Assembly: GCA_051362555.1 (NCBI GenBank)
Contig: CM120641.1
Location: forward strand, 16,988,001-17,052,000
Length of the DNA: 64,000 bases
Origin: Lingula anatina
Lineage: Eukaryota > Animalia > Brachiopoda
Reading direction: 5' to 3'
Shown here: one piece after another, positions 26,667-41,200 of the stretch
Position numbering within the stretch: the first letter of the stretch is position 1
How the letters are laid out: the number at the start of each line of letters is the position of its first letter
Notes under the pieces: generated by a model
Seen by the model: only the letters and a program-made list of their open reading frames with translations
Database searches by the model: none
Told to the model about the DNA's origin: nothing
Program-made: the position numbers and the translations under genes

Positions 26667-27294
26667 GCCGGTGTGGCAAGAGCGCACGTTCTGTACGTAC
26701 ACGAAGGCTTGCATTACCAGGAAGAAGGCTCCCAAGTGATGCAAAGTGAAGTGACGGGTAATAGCTGTTAAAACGTCCATTCCCAAAATAATTTCAAAAG
26801 GTTATGTGTTTGCTGGGTACATGTACTTTACACACAAGACATGGGGGAAATTTTGGAAAATCCAGCTAGAGCCCCTGCGCTACAAGAAACATGCAGTGCC
26901 ATCTCATTTTGTGCAGGTCCAAACTAAGTCATTGCTGCCAAATGGTTTTGACTGCCATGAGGCAGGCAGACTTATTAAGCCGATAAAGTTATAGGTGTTT
27001 TATTCATTTTTATTCAACGGCAGTTGAGTTGTTTATTTGAGCCAGCATCGCCCGCTGATAATTGGTAGAGAACCTGGCATATTTTTTGTTTGCAATAGGA
27101 ATCATAAAATGTTAATGAAATGGAAAGTGTGTATTAGTAGGTTGAATATCCTTCAACTGTAGTTGAACCTTTGTTGGAGGTGTGTGTTTGTGTGACTGCT
27201 GTTATATGTACTTCTACTAGTAGTGGTACAGTCTCATGGTTTGTTGTAATAAATTTTCCAGGTTAACTGTGCTCTTATTTGTAGGACTGACACC

Positions 27295-29277
27295 ATGGGT
27301 AAAGTGAAAAGACTCCGGCAAAAATTCCACAATGCTGCTGTTAAATCAAAGGAAACTGCCACTGACAAAGTATCAACAGAAGAGAGGGATCAGAACGAGG
27401 TAAGGTTTTCATACTCTCAGGCCCAAACTTAAACATACTAACAGTTTACTTGGTTAATACTGATTTTGTAGTAGGCGGGACGGACATTTAAGCCAGATTA
27501 TCTGACAGTAATCTAGACTCCCCACGGGGATAGATCGATCTAAAATCTATGGGAATGCGCCCTAAGAAATTTATGGTTTAGCGGAATCTTAGTCCCAGGT
27601 ACCCCGCAGGGCTAGTTGACTCCAAAGATTTTGGACACAGACTGGTTTAATGAAAACAGAACTAGATTGCTGATATTGTAAAAACATTTTTATTTAACAA
27701 TAAAATATCTGTAATGGTCCACTATATTGATCAGTGTATGTGATTTTTTTTGTTGTATTTATTAAAATATTTTTTTCCAGCTCTTTTCACCAGTATTTCC
27801 TACAGAGGGACTATTTAGTGGGATTCAGATTCCAGATGGTGTCTTGAAGCAGCAACTTCCAGATGACTTTGACACCAGGAGTGCAATAACAACCAAATCA
27901 CTGAGAGGACTTCAGTTGAAGAAAAAAGATAAAAAGAAGTTGAGACATGAAATATGGCTGCAAAGTATGTAATTTATGACAGTGAATCAAGTAAATTGTA
28001 TCATTGATGAAGGTTAATGATGTTGAATGGTGTTGGAATGAACACTTTAGTAACTGATGTGATTATTTATGAATCCGCATTGGTTATTGAGTATGGTATA
28101 GCCTCAATGGTTGTATGGTTGTTAACAATCAGATCTGTTTTTAATTAGTAAAATTGATCAACTAACAAGTTGTATTAAATATGGTTGGGTTCATTGTTGA
28201 AAGTAATTTCTTTACTCCTAATCTGCTTTCTCTGGTACAGGTGTAACCCATTCACCTCATGCACCTGTGTCCTAGAATTCACCTCTTTTTGTGGTGAAAG
28301 TTGAATTTTGGGTTTTTCTCAGATTTATTTTTCTGGAAATGTTGGTTTACCAGTTCATTGTCCAACTTTCTTATTTTACAGAGGTTGATGCCATCCAAAG
28401 TGCCAAGAAAAAGATGAAAGAAAAGAAGAAGAGAGAACGAAATCCCGTTGTAGGGGACATGATGCAACTTGAAGAGACTCTCCCAACCCTAGAACTACTG
28501 CTAAAGGGGGATCAAGCACCCAAGGCTGAACAAAATAAAAGGTAACTTTTAGAAGAGGGAAGCTTATTATTAACCATTTCGTGATGTACCAAGAGCATTG
28601 TGAAAAAGAAAGCCCATGGTTTTTAAAAATGTTTTTGCTTTTCCATGAATGGACTACATTTGTTCTTTGAAAGTTTCGTATTGGTGGTGAGACACTAATG
28701 GCATTGGTTGAAGAATAATTGAGACCATATTTTTATTAAACTGTAACACCCCATTTCCATAGATTTTTAGATCGATCTATCCCTGTGGGGAGTCTCACTA
28801 GATTACTGTCAGCTTGGCCGGCTTAAGCGTCTGTCCCGCCTACTAAAAGCTGTACGGGGGAATTAACTATGGTGCCCGCTCGGCTGACTGCAATTTAGCA
28901 TGAACCCCCAGGTTGTTAAGTCGATCTAAATCTTAATCTCTAGAGCGATCTAAATCATTGGGAAAGCACCCTAAGAGAAATGAAAATATGAGGAAGTTTA
29001 TTTGTTCAAACATTGTCTTTTCATGACCAAAAATGTAAGCTTTTTTTTAACCGATGCAAGGTATTGAAGTTTTTATCATTATTTTCTCAGGTCATCTGTA
29101 GCATGCAAGAAAAACAAAGGAATTCAGAAAGAAAAGACAAGACGTAGGCAAATGCAGGAAGACATGAATTTGTTCAAGCAGGTTTTACGGCACCCAGCCT
29201 ACATGGAGAAACCAGGAGAAACTATGTTAGAACATTTACAGAATAAACTCAAACAAGAGGAAGATATGGATACATGA
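27295..29277 (+). CDS. SLX9: Ribosome biogenesis protein SLX9 homolog (FAM207A)
   Basis: Exons 27295-27399, 27781-27964, 28382-28541, 29091-29277. Protein: MGKVKRLRQKFH...KKKDKKKLRHEIWLQK...PVVGDMMQLEETLPTL...FKQVLRHPAYMEKP...EHLQNKL. Confidence 0.85.
27469..27562 (+). mobile_element. PIF/Harbinger MITE, 3' partial copy
   Basis: Matches the 3' half of 7505-7723 and ends TGGGAATGCGCCC|TAA. Confidence 0.7.
28747..28971 (-). mobile_element. PIF/Harbinger MITE, full reverse copy in an SLX9 intron
   Basis: Reverse-complement match to 7505-7723; TAA at 28744-28746 and 28972-28974. Confidence 0.75.
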
Positions 29278-30143
29278 TAATGAGACATTTCCAATTTAAA
29301 AAGAGATAAGAGAGAAATAAATTGCAGTATATAATTTATTATTGTATTTTTCTTTTCAAAACACCTTAACAGTTGAAGTTTAACAATTTAAAAAACGATG
29401 ATATCTTCATATTTTATACGTTTACTATGTAAATCCTGTCATATTTTATCTATGTTGAAAACGTTGTGGAGAGTGACACAAAAACGACACGACTGAGGTA
29501 GTATATGCTAGTATTGCACTTACTATGCAATTATTTAATGTAACTTGACACCAGAGAAATTGGGCAATGCCTTTTGAAATAAAACGACCATTTTCCCATT
29601 CTTTTCAATGGTGAACGAATCCTTTCCGTTTGTCGATTTTTAGTGTGTTTTAATAACAATCTCTTACCAGATTATAACGGAGGTTGGCCATCTGTTAAGG
29701 TCAACGTGACAAGAAAAATTTCAGAATAATTGCAATAACTGCCGTTTTGGTGGTAAAATGAAATTTATTTTATTACTTTGTGTTGTTCACAATGTGTTGA
29801 TTGTGGAAATTTGTATCTCGTATAAAGAGTTGTTATCTCTTTAACTTCTCCTTCTTGAAGGTACATGGTGGCATTTGATCGGATTCAGTGGCAATAACAT
29901 GGCATGAGTACTTGTTTAATATCCACCTTAAAAATCCTACTTCATGGTAAATTCCAAATAAAACGTACAAAATAAGCCGCTTGCAGCTTATGATGTTCCG
30001 AGTTATCTGCATATCAACAATTAATATACGTCTACTGATTTCTGCAAGACGCGTACACAAAATAAACTAAACTTGTAATTCTTTTCACATGTAAGCCAGT
30101 GTGATAAAAGAACATAGATTTCTCATGATCTGAGTACTGTTTA

Positions 30144-30254
30144 CCAGGGCCACAGATTAATTATGTGCACTTTTCTCCAACACCAGAAATGAGTCCTGAA
30201 TTAACCAGGGGTATATCTGAGAGTTTGTAGTGAAAAATCAATCTGTGGCCCTGG
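30144..30254. mobile_element. 111-bp Stowaway/Tc1-mariner-like MITE
   Basis: TA|CCAGGGCCACAGATT...AATCTGTGGCCCTGG|TA: perfect 15-bp TIR with TA flanks. Confidence 0.75.
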
Positions 30255-30724
30255 TAGAGGGTACGATCTTAGTGTCTTCTCTGCAAGTTATTGGTCATTA
30301 AACCTGCAATAACAGTATAAAATGCTTATATCACATTCTTACATTTTGCTAATTTAACTACTTTGCATAACATCGAATAATAGATGCTAAGCCATATTTT
30401 GTGCATGCAGAGTATTATTACATTATATTGTTGTAAATAAATAATATCAATGTCAAATTTCTACTTAGAATGTGCATTATAAATGAATTATAAGAACGTT
30501 TAAAAACTTCAATACTGTTTTAAAAAATTGTAATATATATCCACTGATAACACGTAATATACACAAATCGATGACTGTTAAATGTTTTTAAAAGGTTTAG
30601 TGCATGCGCATGGCTTGGAGCCAAACTTGATCACATATCCTTCTAGTAAAATAATATCAAACTTCATATATAGTTAACGCGTGTTTTAAGGTTAAAACTA
30701 TATCACAGTGCTTTCAATGTCAAT

Positions 30725-33700
30725 TCAGAATCGTTCGGTTTTGGTGGTCACCGCATCTTGATCCTTTTCTTTTGTTTGATCGTAAGTGCTGTAAGTGGTC
30801 GTCTGCTTCACGTTCAGTTTGGAAGTGGACACGTACTCCTCACCATCTGAGTGCTTCTCTTCAGTGGGCCCTACGGCAGACTGTCTTAGCATTATCTGCT
30901 TCAAAAACAATATTGATATGCACACACCTATAATGAAAACCCCCACCAACAGGATCATCAGGGCAATCAGGTCAATTTGAACGTCTAGTATCTGTAAGAG
31001 GGCGCTTAATGTCACCATGACAGCATAAACGAAAACGCTTCCAATGATGAACATCACTTGCGCGGCAATGCTGGGCTTCTTCTTAATGTCATACGAGCCG
31101 CGGGAGTTGTTACATCGTCTGTCAATGTAGAGAATCAAGTATAAAAGCCCAAACGCCATTAAAGCATAGAGGTAGTAAACGGCGGGAATACGTATTATTT
31201 CCTGCATGCGCACCCAGGTTCTCCCCTGGGCATCTGGGATCCAGCTGTAACACCATATTGTTATAGCCAGATAAACCACGAGGGGAAACAGTCTCGTCCA
31301 CCAGGGTATCCTTCTCCAGAATGGCAAAGAGAATATCTGCAAAAATGTGTTTAACATGTCATTTTGGGCTATAACTTATTTAATTGAATTTAATTGAAAA
31401 TGTCTGTTGATCATGCTCTCATGAGACAACTCCATTTCAAAGATAACATTTATGCTAGTGAAACATTTTTCTTAAGATATTATAATAAAAGATGTCAATT
31501 TCTTAGTAAAAGTTGTAATGTAAGTGACGTTTACATGTTTTTTTTCTTTTTTTTTTGGATTGAAATGAACACCAAATTAAGAAGATATATGGAACAAAAA
31601 CATTCAAGTAGTTCTGTCAGTGAAGAGGTGGCCCACCTGAGTAAGTACCAATACCAAGGCGAATCCGAAGACAAACATTGGCCACAACTTTGTCCCCAAC
31701 ATGTCTGGCCCTCCTGTCTGGTACGCAACCACACCCCCGTGCCACGTGACCCATATTTCTAATAGGAGGCGCCAGTATCTGTTCAGATGCATGTTGGTGT
31801 ACACAAGACTACCTGGAATATGTAATTACTGTATTGTACAAAAATAAAACATGAAAATAGACGGTTATCCATATAAACTGATCCTTTAAAATCAAAATGA
31901 CACCAAGTGAATAGCATTTATAATTGCCTGCTGCCAAAACCACAATACGCCTCATAGCTCCCATCACTCTTTTAATAAAGTGGTTTATGATTATTTTAAG
32001 AATAATTAATAATTGGGGAAGTATGTAATTATATAGCTCCCCAATTATTAATTAGGAAAGTACATAATTATAATAGCGCATACCTTGCAGCATAACCAAC
32101 CACGTGTGAGCGAACCCCAAAGCATGTCCCCACGTGTTTTCCATGGGGTGATACCAGAACGTATAGATTACAGCCCAGGCAAAGGCATATCCATGGTACT
32201 TGCGGAATAAGTTTATAGGGCCGTAGCTAAAGCGCACTTTCCTGCTCTTTGAGCCGTTGTCATGGACGCTGGGCCAACCGAAGATCATCCCTCGCTCTTT
32301 GTATTCTAACAGCACGATCAATACCAACATCATGATCACGGAGGCTGGAATATCAAAGTGCAAGGGAAATTTATGAACTGCTCAATTCTATGATATAATA
32401 CCTCTTCGCGGTAAATTGAGGGAAAAGATAATAATAAGGACCACTGAATTATTTTTTATTTATCTCAATTTTTAATTCAATTTCTATTAACCAATTTCTA
32501 ATTCTAATTTCCTTTGGAAAACATTTACAACTCTCAAAAGTCACGTGCATGCAGCATGCCCTATTTAACCCCATCCCCTTGGAAATTTTGGTCGGAAAAT
32601 TTTGGTCATGACTTAGGAGCTAAGGTAAATATTTGTAAAAAAAGCCTAAAAGATGACAAGGGACAGTTGTTCAAAGAGTCTGTACTTACACTGTGAGCTG
32701 GCAATGCTGACATCCTGTGCCAATGCGTCATAGGTGATATGAGTTTGTAGCAGGTGAAGCAGGTGGAAGAACACATTCAGACCTAGTAATATGTAGTTGT
32801 GTTTCCCGAGCTTTGTGCTATATTTCTCATTGGGTGTTTCTGCTGCCTGAAAAATTCCCAATTATTTGACAATGACAGCACGAATAAAATGCTTGTTACT
32901 GTATAATAAATGCAGAAAATCGGATAAAACTAATAACATCATTAGCAAAATGTCCTAAAAAATTAAATTCAGACTGGTTATTGAAATGAAGCCTACATTC
33001 TGCTTTTAACACACAACTGAGCTGAGGACGCACTTTTCAGAACGCAAAATGGGCTTAATTTTGACATTACTAAACGTTAACGCACAAACCTATACCTTGG
33101 CCAGTTGTGAATAGAGTATCCCAGCCCACATGAGTAACTGATGACCCACGTAGCTTAACCACATGAAGAGACGGGTGAATGCAGTGACTTGATCCGGCGG
33201 CAGTTTCCAGTAATACCAACGGGAATCGGCACCAACGCCGTATCTAAAGCGAATATTCAGTACAAAACAGTTTGCATAATCATTACTAAAAAAAAAGCAA
33301 GACGGTGATTCCGCATATATATGTAGGTTCTCTCAAGTATGGAAATGGAATGTCAATTATGAGATTGTAATAAGGTCAGATATATAAAAGCATTTTAATT
33401 GAAATCAACCAACTGATCCTTTAAATAGAAAAAGAGGCATTTTCACCCTTCACATTTGTTGGACAGAATTTAAATTGTACCTGCACACGTTAACGCACAA
33501 TTAATTACTAATGACTAATTAACTTCAATTTGGGCTCAGATTTGTCACACAGGTATACACCTGTCACAACTTAATGCACACGTGAGGTACATCTACCCTA
33601 TTAATGTGTTCCACTCATTTACATGTAACTAGGGAATTTGTTTAATTGCCATTGTAAGAGTCAGGTATATCTATGGTTTTATGAAAACATTCACAGTAGA

Positions 33701-34342
33701 ATAGGTCAAAATAAAATACGTCTCATATTTTCGAGATTTGCTTTTCAGCAAAAGTGTATACTGTAACCAAAAGTGTATGATATACCCTACCATGGTACAA
33801 GCTTCTGCTATGGCTAATAAAACAATGATCTATAGTATTCCCGTACCTGCCTTTCACCCCTGGTTCCGGCACATAGGGCTCTGGCCAGAACCTGTCTCTG
33901 GACGTAGCGCTGGTGTTGTGTGTGTAACCGGACTGAGCGTCCCAGCCACGCATAGCACCTTGAAGATCAAACAGGATTTTACTACATGAATGTATGTGCT
34001 ATGTTTTGTAACTTATGTAACTAAAAATGATTAATGGCATAGGGCCTAATATGAAAGTTTTCGTTTTTTAAAAACGCAGTATCTCTCAAAAACCTGACAT
34101 ATAAATCAATAAATAAAATCAGGTCATATAGTTAAATTGCAATTATCATTAGTTCTTACAAGTTATTTGTTTCAAGGCTGTGCTTGAGTGGCACAGCCTT
34201 TTTATAATACATGTTATCAGAGAGAAAATGATATAAATAAATTACCAAAGCCGAACATCGCCCCTATCAAAGCAGCTATGAAAACGATGCCAGCAAACCA
34301 CGCCCAGAAATCTTGTCTCTTGTACCAACTCACTGACTCCAT
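30725..34342 (-). CDS. Uncharacterised His-rich polytopic membrane protein resembling a bacterial hypothetical-protein family
   Basis: Seven GT-AG exons in frame: 34246-34342, 33847-33958, 33096-33243, 32690-32846, 32084-32344, 31637-31812, 30725-31336. Motifs: WYYWKLP, GHQ, HLLHLLQTH-YDALAQDVS-SSQ, RKYHGY, YTFWYHPME, LQGSL, WPMFVFGF, EIIRIP. Many hydrophobic helices. Confidence 0.85.
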
Positions 34343-37300
34343 GGCGGGATGCTTCTGAAACGACAGATTGAACAACGTGTGAGTAAAAATTATAACTTTT
34401 GAACTGATGGTCAGGTGATATGTGTTGTTCTTCAATATTCAAACACTCTGTCCTTAAGGTCCTCATGGTTGGAAGAAAAGTACATTGACGCCACTTTTAT
34501 GATTTAGGTTTTCTTCTGACAAAAATTCTGTTGTTACCATAATCTGAATTTCAATCTGTAGATCAAGTATATTTTCACCAACTGAATGATCGGCCATATC
34601 CAATATGGCATAAAAACTCCCAACGCATCTTGTCTTGTATAACGTACTTCGTGTATACGTCATAACGTTATCTTTACGTCGCATCGAATCGACGTTGAGC
34701 ACCTTTCTGTTGCACATTGCGCCAGCAGTGCTGGAGATTTAGAAAAAAACGCGACAATTGCTGAATAGATTGGTTCATAAAAGCTTTTCAACAAAAGTGT
34801 TTTCAGGTAAAACTGGTTCCTTGCTGGAATGTTAGGTACTTTTGCAATATATGGACCTACCCCCAACACACACACTTGGTGTAAGTCTTGGATTATTTAA
34901 ATGTGATTTTAATGTAGACTTTGATCAGATCAATGCTTCTATTCAAATGTGTTTGGGAATTTTATTCCACGTTTTTACAAGAAAATTCAAGTCCATTCAA
35001 ATATGACAGCTGAGGGCAAACTAATTTATTTGAATAGTAGAGGCATTGACAGAAATTGATAAGACACGCAGACCTAAATCTAGCATTGAGACCTAGTGGA
35101 GTGCGGTATAGGCCTATATCAAAACCAGATTTACTTTATGTTTACTTTTCCGTTGTATAGCCAACATAGACCTACATGTACCCCTGTATGTGTTGAAAAT
35201 ACGAGGGGATACAAAAATGAAACTCACACAGAAAGAGCAAGCTATTTAAGTTTATACTTCTTCATTTTTCAACAAAGTCGATCCCTTTTTAATTCAATTT
35301 ACTCATTTGTCCCATCTACAGCGGGGTGACAGAAGCATTGCACCATCTACATCTATGTACTCTGTGACATGGGGACCCATTCGTAAAAAGCGATTCGCGA
35401 TTTTAACCAGCGGCGAGTTTTCATCCATGTACACTATAAAGGTTGCCATCAAAGGTGTTATGCCCTTCTGGCTGCCAAGTTTCTACCATGTTGAAGGTAC
35501 TACGCGGGAGCTCAAAAATTGAAGGAAGAAAAGAAACTGTGATTAAAATTAGTTTGCATATTACTTATTAGAAATGCCACTCATTTAATTAACCTTTTAA
35601 ATTGTCCCCGCGTTCTCTAAAAGGGCAATTTTTTCATTTATCCATTTAATTCTTGCTTTACTGTAACCGCTAGTTATTTTATAGGCCCTACTCCCAACGA
35701 AGGTTACGAGCGTACCTATAGAAAAACCAAGCTAGACTAGCCTACCTTCATATCAAACGGAAATCGGGGCAATAAAATGTGAGTAAATTAAAAATGGCTG
35801 TGGTCACCCACGATCACCAGCGAACTCAAGTCTGAACTGGACTGTAGGCAACAACAACTCAGACTGACATAATTAACCATTGGAATTATTGCGAGAGTAA
35901 CTAATTCATAATTCATCAAAATATTTCGAAAATTTAGAAATATGACATACATTGAAAAATGGAGGAGCCTTACCCTTTTCCGCTTTCTGTACAACTGCCT
36001 TGTCATTATACCACGGTAGGATCCAGTGTTATATATTCACCACGTGAGTTCCCTACTTTAACTGTAACTATACACAATGTGACCTGACAATCTTTGCACA
36101 GTTATATAACTTGCCATCACTGTGGGACTTTGATCACATTGACACGTGTGTATGCCTTTAATAAATCAATCAATGACCTCTTATCTATATTCACTGGGTT
36201 AACCTGGGACCTGAGCTTATGTTACGTACAGGTACACATGTTTCTGACCTATTTATAGGGATACGTTACGTGCTGTTTATGTTAACCTGTCCCTCCCCTA
36301 ACCCCCCCCCCCCCCCCCAAAAAAAAAAAAAAAAAAAAACGCACTTCACTGCAGTAAAAAATCTATTTCTGTGTTATTATTTTTGTCATCTGTTGGATCT
36401 TTCACGGTAATATTAATTTGGTTACTAAGCTCTTCTCGGTGTACGCGTCGGCTGACGAGTATAGACACAAACTAAAAGGCAAAGATGGCAATCTTTATTT
36501 ATGAAGACGCTGTAGGGGTCCATGTTCCTCCCTAACCAGGTTCTTCTAATATTTCACTTGTCACTGATGCATGGGAGAGGGAATACAACCACAAACTCAC
36601 ATCTTCAGCTCCAACTCTAAAGGTCTCTTTATTCAGTCCAAGCCTTCAGCATTTATACCCATTATCTTATAAGAATCTGTCTGAATGCCACAGTGGCAGC
36701 AACTCATTTAAATACTAATTGCAATGCAATAGATAACAAGTGAGATTTTCTACTTATCAGTTATATCAGTTCTACTTATCAGGTATACCTATACAGAGGA
36801 TGATAAATATTCATTCAAGACTGAAGCAAGGTGAATGATGCTGACTGATTATATAAACATAATATGTAAATGAGTGAGTTCATCACAAGCATTTAGTGGT
36901 GGACCTTAACAACGCAACGAGTTTGGTGATTGATTAGCACGATTTCATTAGAATGCATCATGCAAAGTTGAGGACATTAACTCATTTAACACTGAATGAT
37001 ATATATATATATATATATATTGCTCCGTTACGGAACTTGGTTGGCGCAAAATTGATTTTAAACTATCCATAGAACGTGTGCCGACACGGGGTTAGACATA
37101 CGCGATTATTTAAGAACCTGGTTTTGACACCGAGACGTTAAAATAACAAAAAAGTCCATTTTTGCCCTTACCTTAACGATACCGCTGACGACCTTTCTTC
37201 CGCCCTTACACTTAACCTGTACATACGTACCTGATAATTCAAATATATCCTGGCCCTGGCCTATATCTGATATATCTGATAAATACAGGCTTCGACTTGT

Positions 37301-38293
37301 TTTCTGCTTTTGTTAATATTTCTGTAGACGACTTCTATTTATCAATTAGTGCGTTCTTCATGCACAGCCTACACAACACAAGTTGTATTTTTCAATCATT
37401 ACAAACTAGGCGAGCACAAGCGCTGACATCCTTTAAGTTACAGCACGAAATTATAAACGGTTTATGTCTATACGCTACAACTGAGTCTATATATCACAGA
37501 CACGCGTGTCGACACGTGAGAACACAATAATGGTTTGGATATTGACCCTTTCAGTCCTTTAACCAGAGGTCGCATTCAGCGCATTGACAGAAAACGCGAC
37601 ACCTTTTGTCATGACCAAGTAAATGAGTGGTAGCTGCGACGCAATCTAGTCACAGCAACCTGTAATGTAGACGCTGTGTACGAATAAAAGAATACAATAA
37701 AGATTTATTTTTAGATCTTTTTAGTTTTTGGGGTTGGGCGGGAGAGGGAGGTTACATATCTTGGAAAATGGTCTTAAATTTTAGCTCTAAGTATTTTGCC
37801 ACTTTTTATTTTCATTTCTTTTACCGTATAGAAAAGCCACTGTTGTTGCCATGAAGTAATGAGAAGCAGCCCATTAGCAAGCCGAATAAAGCGTTTTAGC
37901 ACGTTCGTTTTAGCCCGTCGCTCAGATAAACGCATGCCAGGCATGCTGCCGAGCATTCAACCATGGAAATGCGCCCCACCAGCCCCGATCTCCTTCCCGG
38001 ACTTGGTCGACTTTGTTAATGCAAAAGAATGATGTCACTTTAACCAAAAGCAAGTCAGCCGTCTGATGCAACTAGATGACACCGAGGATATACTTGTTGC
38101 ATGTGGATTGCGAGGGCTTAAATTGGCTTACATAGACATTGTCTTCATCATATTCGGGATGAAACTTCCTACGTTGAAGGCTTGGTAGTAAGTGCTTTTG
38201 TTGATATACAGATCTGTGGAAATCGCAAACCGTGACGGATAAACATCTTCGATTTTCTCTTGCGAACCACAGCAGCACAAACTCTTCACAATC

Positions 38294-41200
38294 ATGGATT
38301 TGTGGGAAGACTCTAAAACTACGATGTTGTTGATGGTATCTGTGCTGACATTCATCGTAACATGGTGGTGGACAAGGAAGAAAAAGAAGGTATAATATCT
38401 TGAGTTGGTGATATTCATGTTTGCCAATTATTGGGGCCCACATACAGTAGTAGTTGTAGTAGTACCAGCTGATCTTGGTCATATGCCAATACAAGCCAGT
38501 TCCCGATGCAGTAGTTGAGAAGCCAAACACAATGTAAAAATAAATCTGATGCTCGTGGGACAACGAACACGTTTTGCTTGCAAAATCGAACAACTAGGAC
38601 CACCTATAGGTATGTGCGGTCGCTAGGCATAATTGGTTCCTTGTCAGGAAAGATATACATGTACACGCGGGCAAGATCAGACAATAAACCAACAATTTAT
38701 CACATAAACAAGATCTAAAATCTTCCCTTTCTAATGGATTTTTACGGCCCAGTATACATTTACGAGTATTTATGGAGCAGTGTCATTTTATGCAGATTAG
38801 TGCAGAATATATACGTTTTTAATTCGTTTTTGCTAAGTAGCCTCTGTTGCAATCTGGTCATAACGGTAGGAGGAAAGAGAGAATCGCCCTGTGAGGCCCA
38901 TAGAAGCAAGCTTGTAAAAACTCAGCACATTATAATGTACATCCCTGACACAGAGTCGATGGATGGGTTGTGGCAAAAAGAAAGTTCCCCTTTGCCTGAT
39001 GTCCAGATCTGCATATAAAACATTTTTGGAAAAAAAATGTGTGTACATTTCGAAAAAAAAACGCTACCTTAATCTGATTATTGTTTCTCTCATTTTCAAT
39101 TCTTACAGCCAAAGAATCTTCCCCCAGGACCAAAGTCCTATCCTCTTGTGGGAACAATCTTCAGTTCTTCAAGTGATTTAGATTTTCTCAAAACCTTTGG
39201 CCGGCTGGCTAAGGAACACGGACCTGTGGTGAGGCTTGAGCTAGGATTCACAAAGATTTATGCCATCGTGCTGAATACGCCCGAAATGGTTAAGGAGGCG
39301 TTCGTTAAACAGGGGCACGTTTTCAGTCATCGTCCAAGGATGTACCTGGATAAGATTTTTAATGAGCGCGATGGTAATGATTTTTTAATATCACAAATAT
39401 TGTAGCAGTACACCAGTTCTTTTTACGGGAGCCTGTCAAATAAAATGGACAGTCTCATTTTTATAATTTGCGGCTTTACAATTAATTATGAAGGAACCAG
39501 AATTTAAAATAAAGCATGATGGGTTTTAAGAGAGTAATTTTTTCAATTTATTTTACCATCTAGTAACGATTCGCTTGGGTTCCTAGAAACTTTAAAACTT
39601 CTTGTTGCCTATACAATGAAATGTAACATTTGAAAACAGGGCGTTTTCTATCAAATATTTTAGTGATCTACTTAAAACTAAAATATGTCATATGAAATAT
39701 ACTTCTAGAAGTAATTCATCTTTTATCCATCGACAAATTATTTATTTTAACTCGTAAAAGAAACGCCATTAATGTGTATTTGTTTTATGACAGCTTTTAA
39801 TCAATTTAGGAGAGTATTTTGGGCTGATTGGTACCGATGGAGAACGCTGGAAATCACAACGGAAGTTCGCATTGACGACTCTGAGAGATTTTGGTTTCGG
39901 AAAGATGTCACTTGGAGACAAAATACAAGAAGAAGTCGACGCTTTGATTGACGAGATTCTGCAGAGAGACGGAGCGGCGATAGACCTCAAATTCCTCCTC
40001 GTGCCCGCTGTCTCCAACATCATTCATTCCATTGTGTTTGGATACAGGTGTGTTATACAGATGCATTAAAAGACTGTAGAAAATGTGGAATCAGACAATA
40101 ATTAATGAAATTTAGACACTTGTGTGTATTCATTTTCTTTTTAAAAGTCATGCAGATGAAATATCTGTAATATAAAATCGAATTAAAAGTTTTCAAAAAA
40201 GGAGATTTACGAAAGAACAAAGTGAATGAGCCATATTTCATAACGTTTATATATTATGTATCGGCTCGTATGCAGAGTTAAAATTAAATATGGAGTATTT
40301 CAATTAATAAGGCATGTGTAGGTAATTAAATCAGTCGTCGCATTCTTGCATGTCAGGTATGAGAATTATTCCACCACAAAATGTAAGTAACTTTCCCCCC
40401 TTTTGCAGGAACCAGTTCAACGATCAAGAGTTTCAAACGTTTTTCAAGGCTCTAGATGAAATGTTTAAAGCGTCTGCGTATGTATTACATAGTTCCATAG
40501 CTATATTAATGAGAGTAAGATAGCGAAAGCGAGCGAGCGACGAAACGAGCGATTGTTTTTTATTTTGTTTTGTTTTTGTTGTTGTTTGTTTGTTTGTTTT
40601 GCTTTACAAACGTTGCGCTTAAAGAGGTCAACGCCCTTAATATGCACTATTTTTAATTAATTCTTAAGGAAAGCTGGTATCGTGAATTCATTCCCTTGGC
40701 TGCGCTTTCTTCCTGGAGACATGTTTGGCTTCCATACCATGTTAAGCAATTTGAAGAAAACTAGACAGTATATTCAGAAAAAGGTGCATGCCCACATGGA
40801 GTCGTATAATCCAAGCGATCATAAATGCTATGTTGACGTCTTTATTGAGGCAATGAAGTCTGAAGAAGGGAGAGGAGAACAGGCAAATTTTTGCGGTAGG
40901 CTAGACGTGTTGATCCACGACGTCTCCTTCAGTACTAAGATAGTTATTATCACATTTTCAATACCAAATTACCGATATGGCATACTCATTTTAAAAGACC
41001 TAGAAGCTAAAGTTTCTGTTAGGCCGAGCTTGGGACCGTTGGTAAACGAATTTCGGCCCACTTTCACAAATATGTCACAAAAGAAAAAAAGCTGCTTTAT
41101 TTAAAGTTCGTGAACACAAGTGTATCAGCCTGTTGTTAACCATCAATATGGCCAAAGCCCCAACTTAGAAGGGTGACAGTTGGGTAAAAATGTTCTCCAA

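Noticed and set aside
30725-34342. Bacterial contamination as the source of the bacterial-like gene
   Set aside because: It has six canonical spliceosomal introns and is contiguous with animal genes and TEs.
35307-35522. Possible orphan exon between the membrane gene and the P450
   Set aside because: It has AG/GT-like edges but no recognisable motif and no partner exons.
38072-38593. 173-aa minus-strand ORF
   Set aside because: It is antisense to P450 exon 1, low in complexity and has no domain signal.
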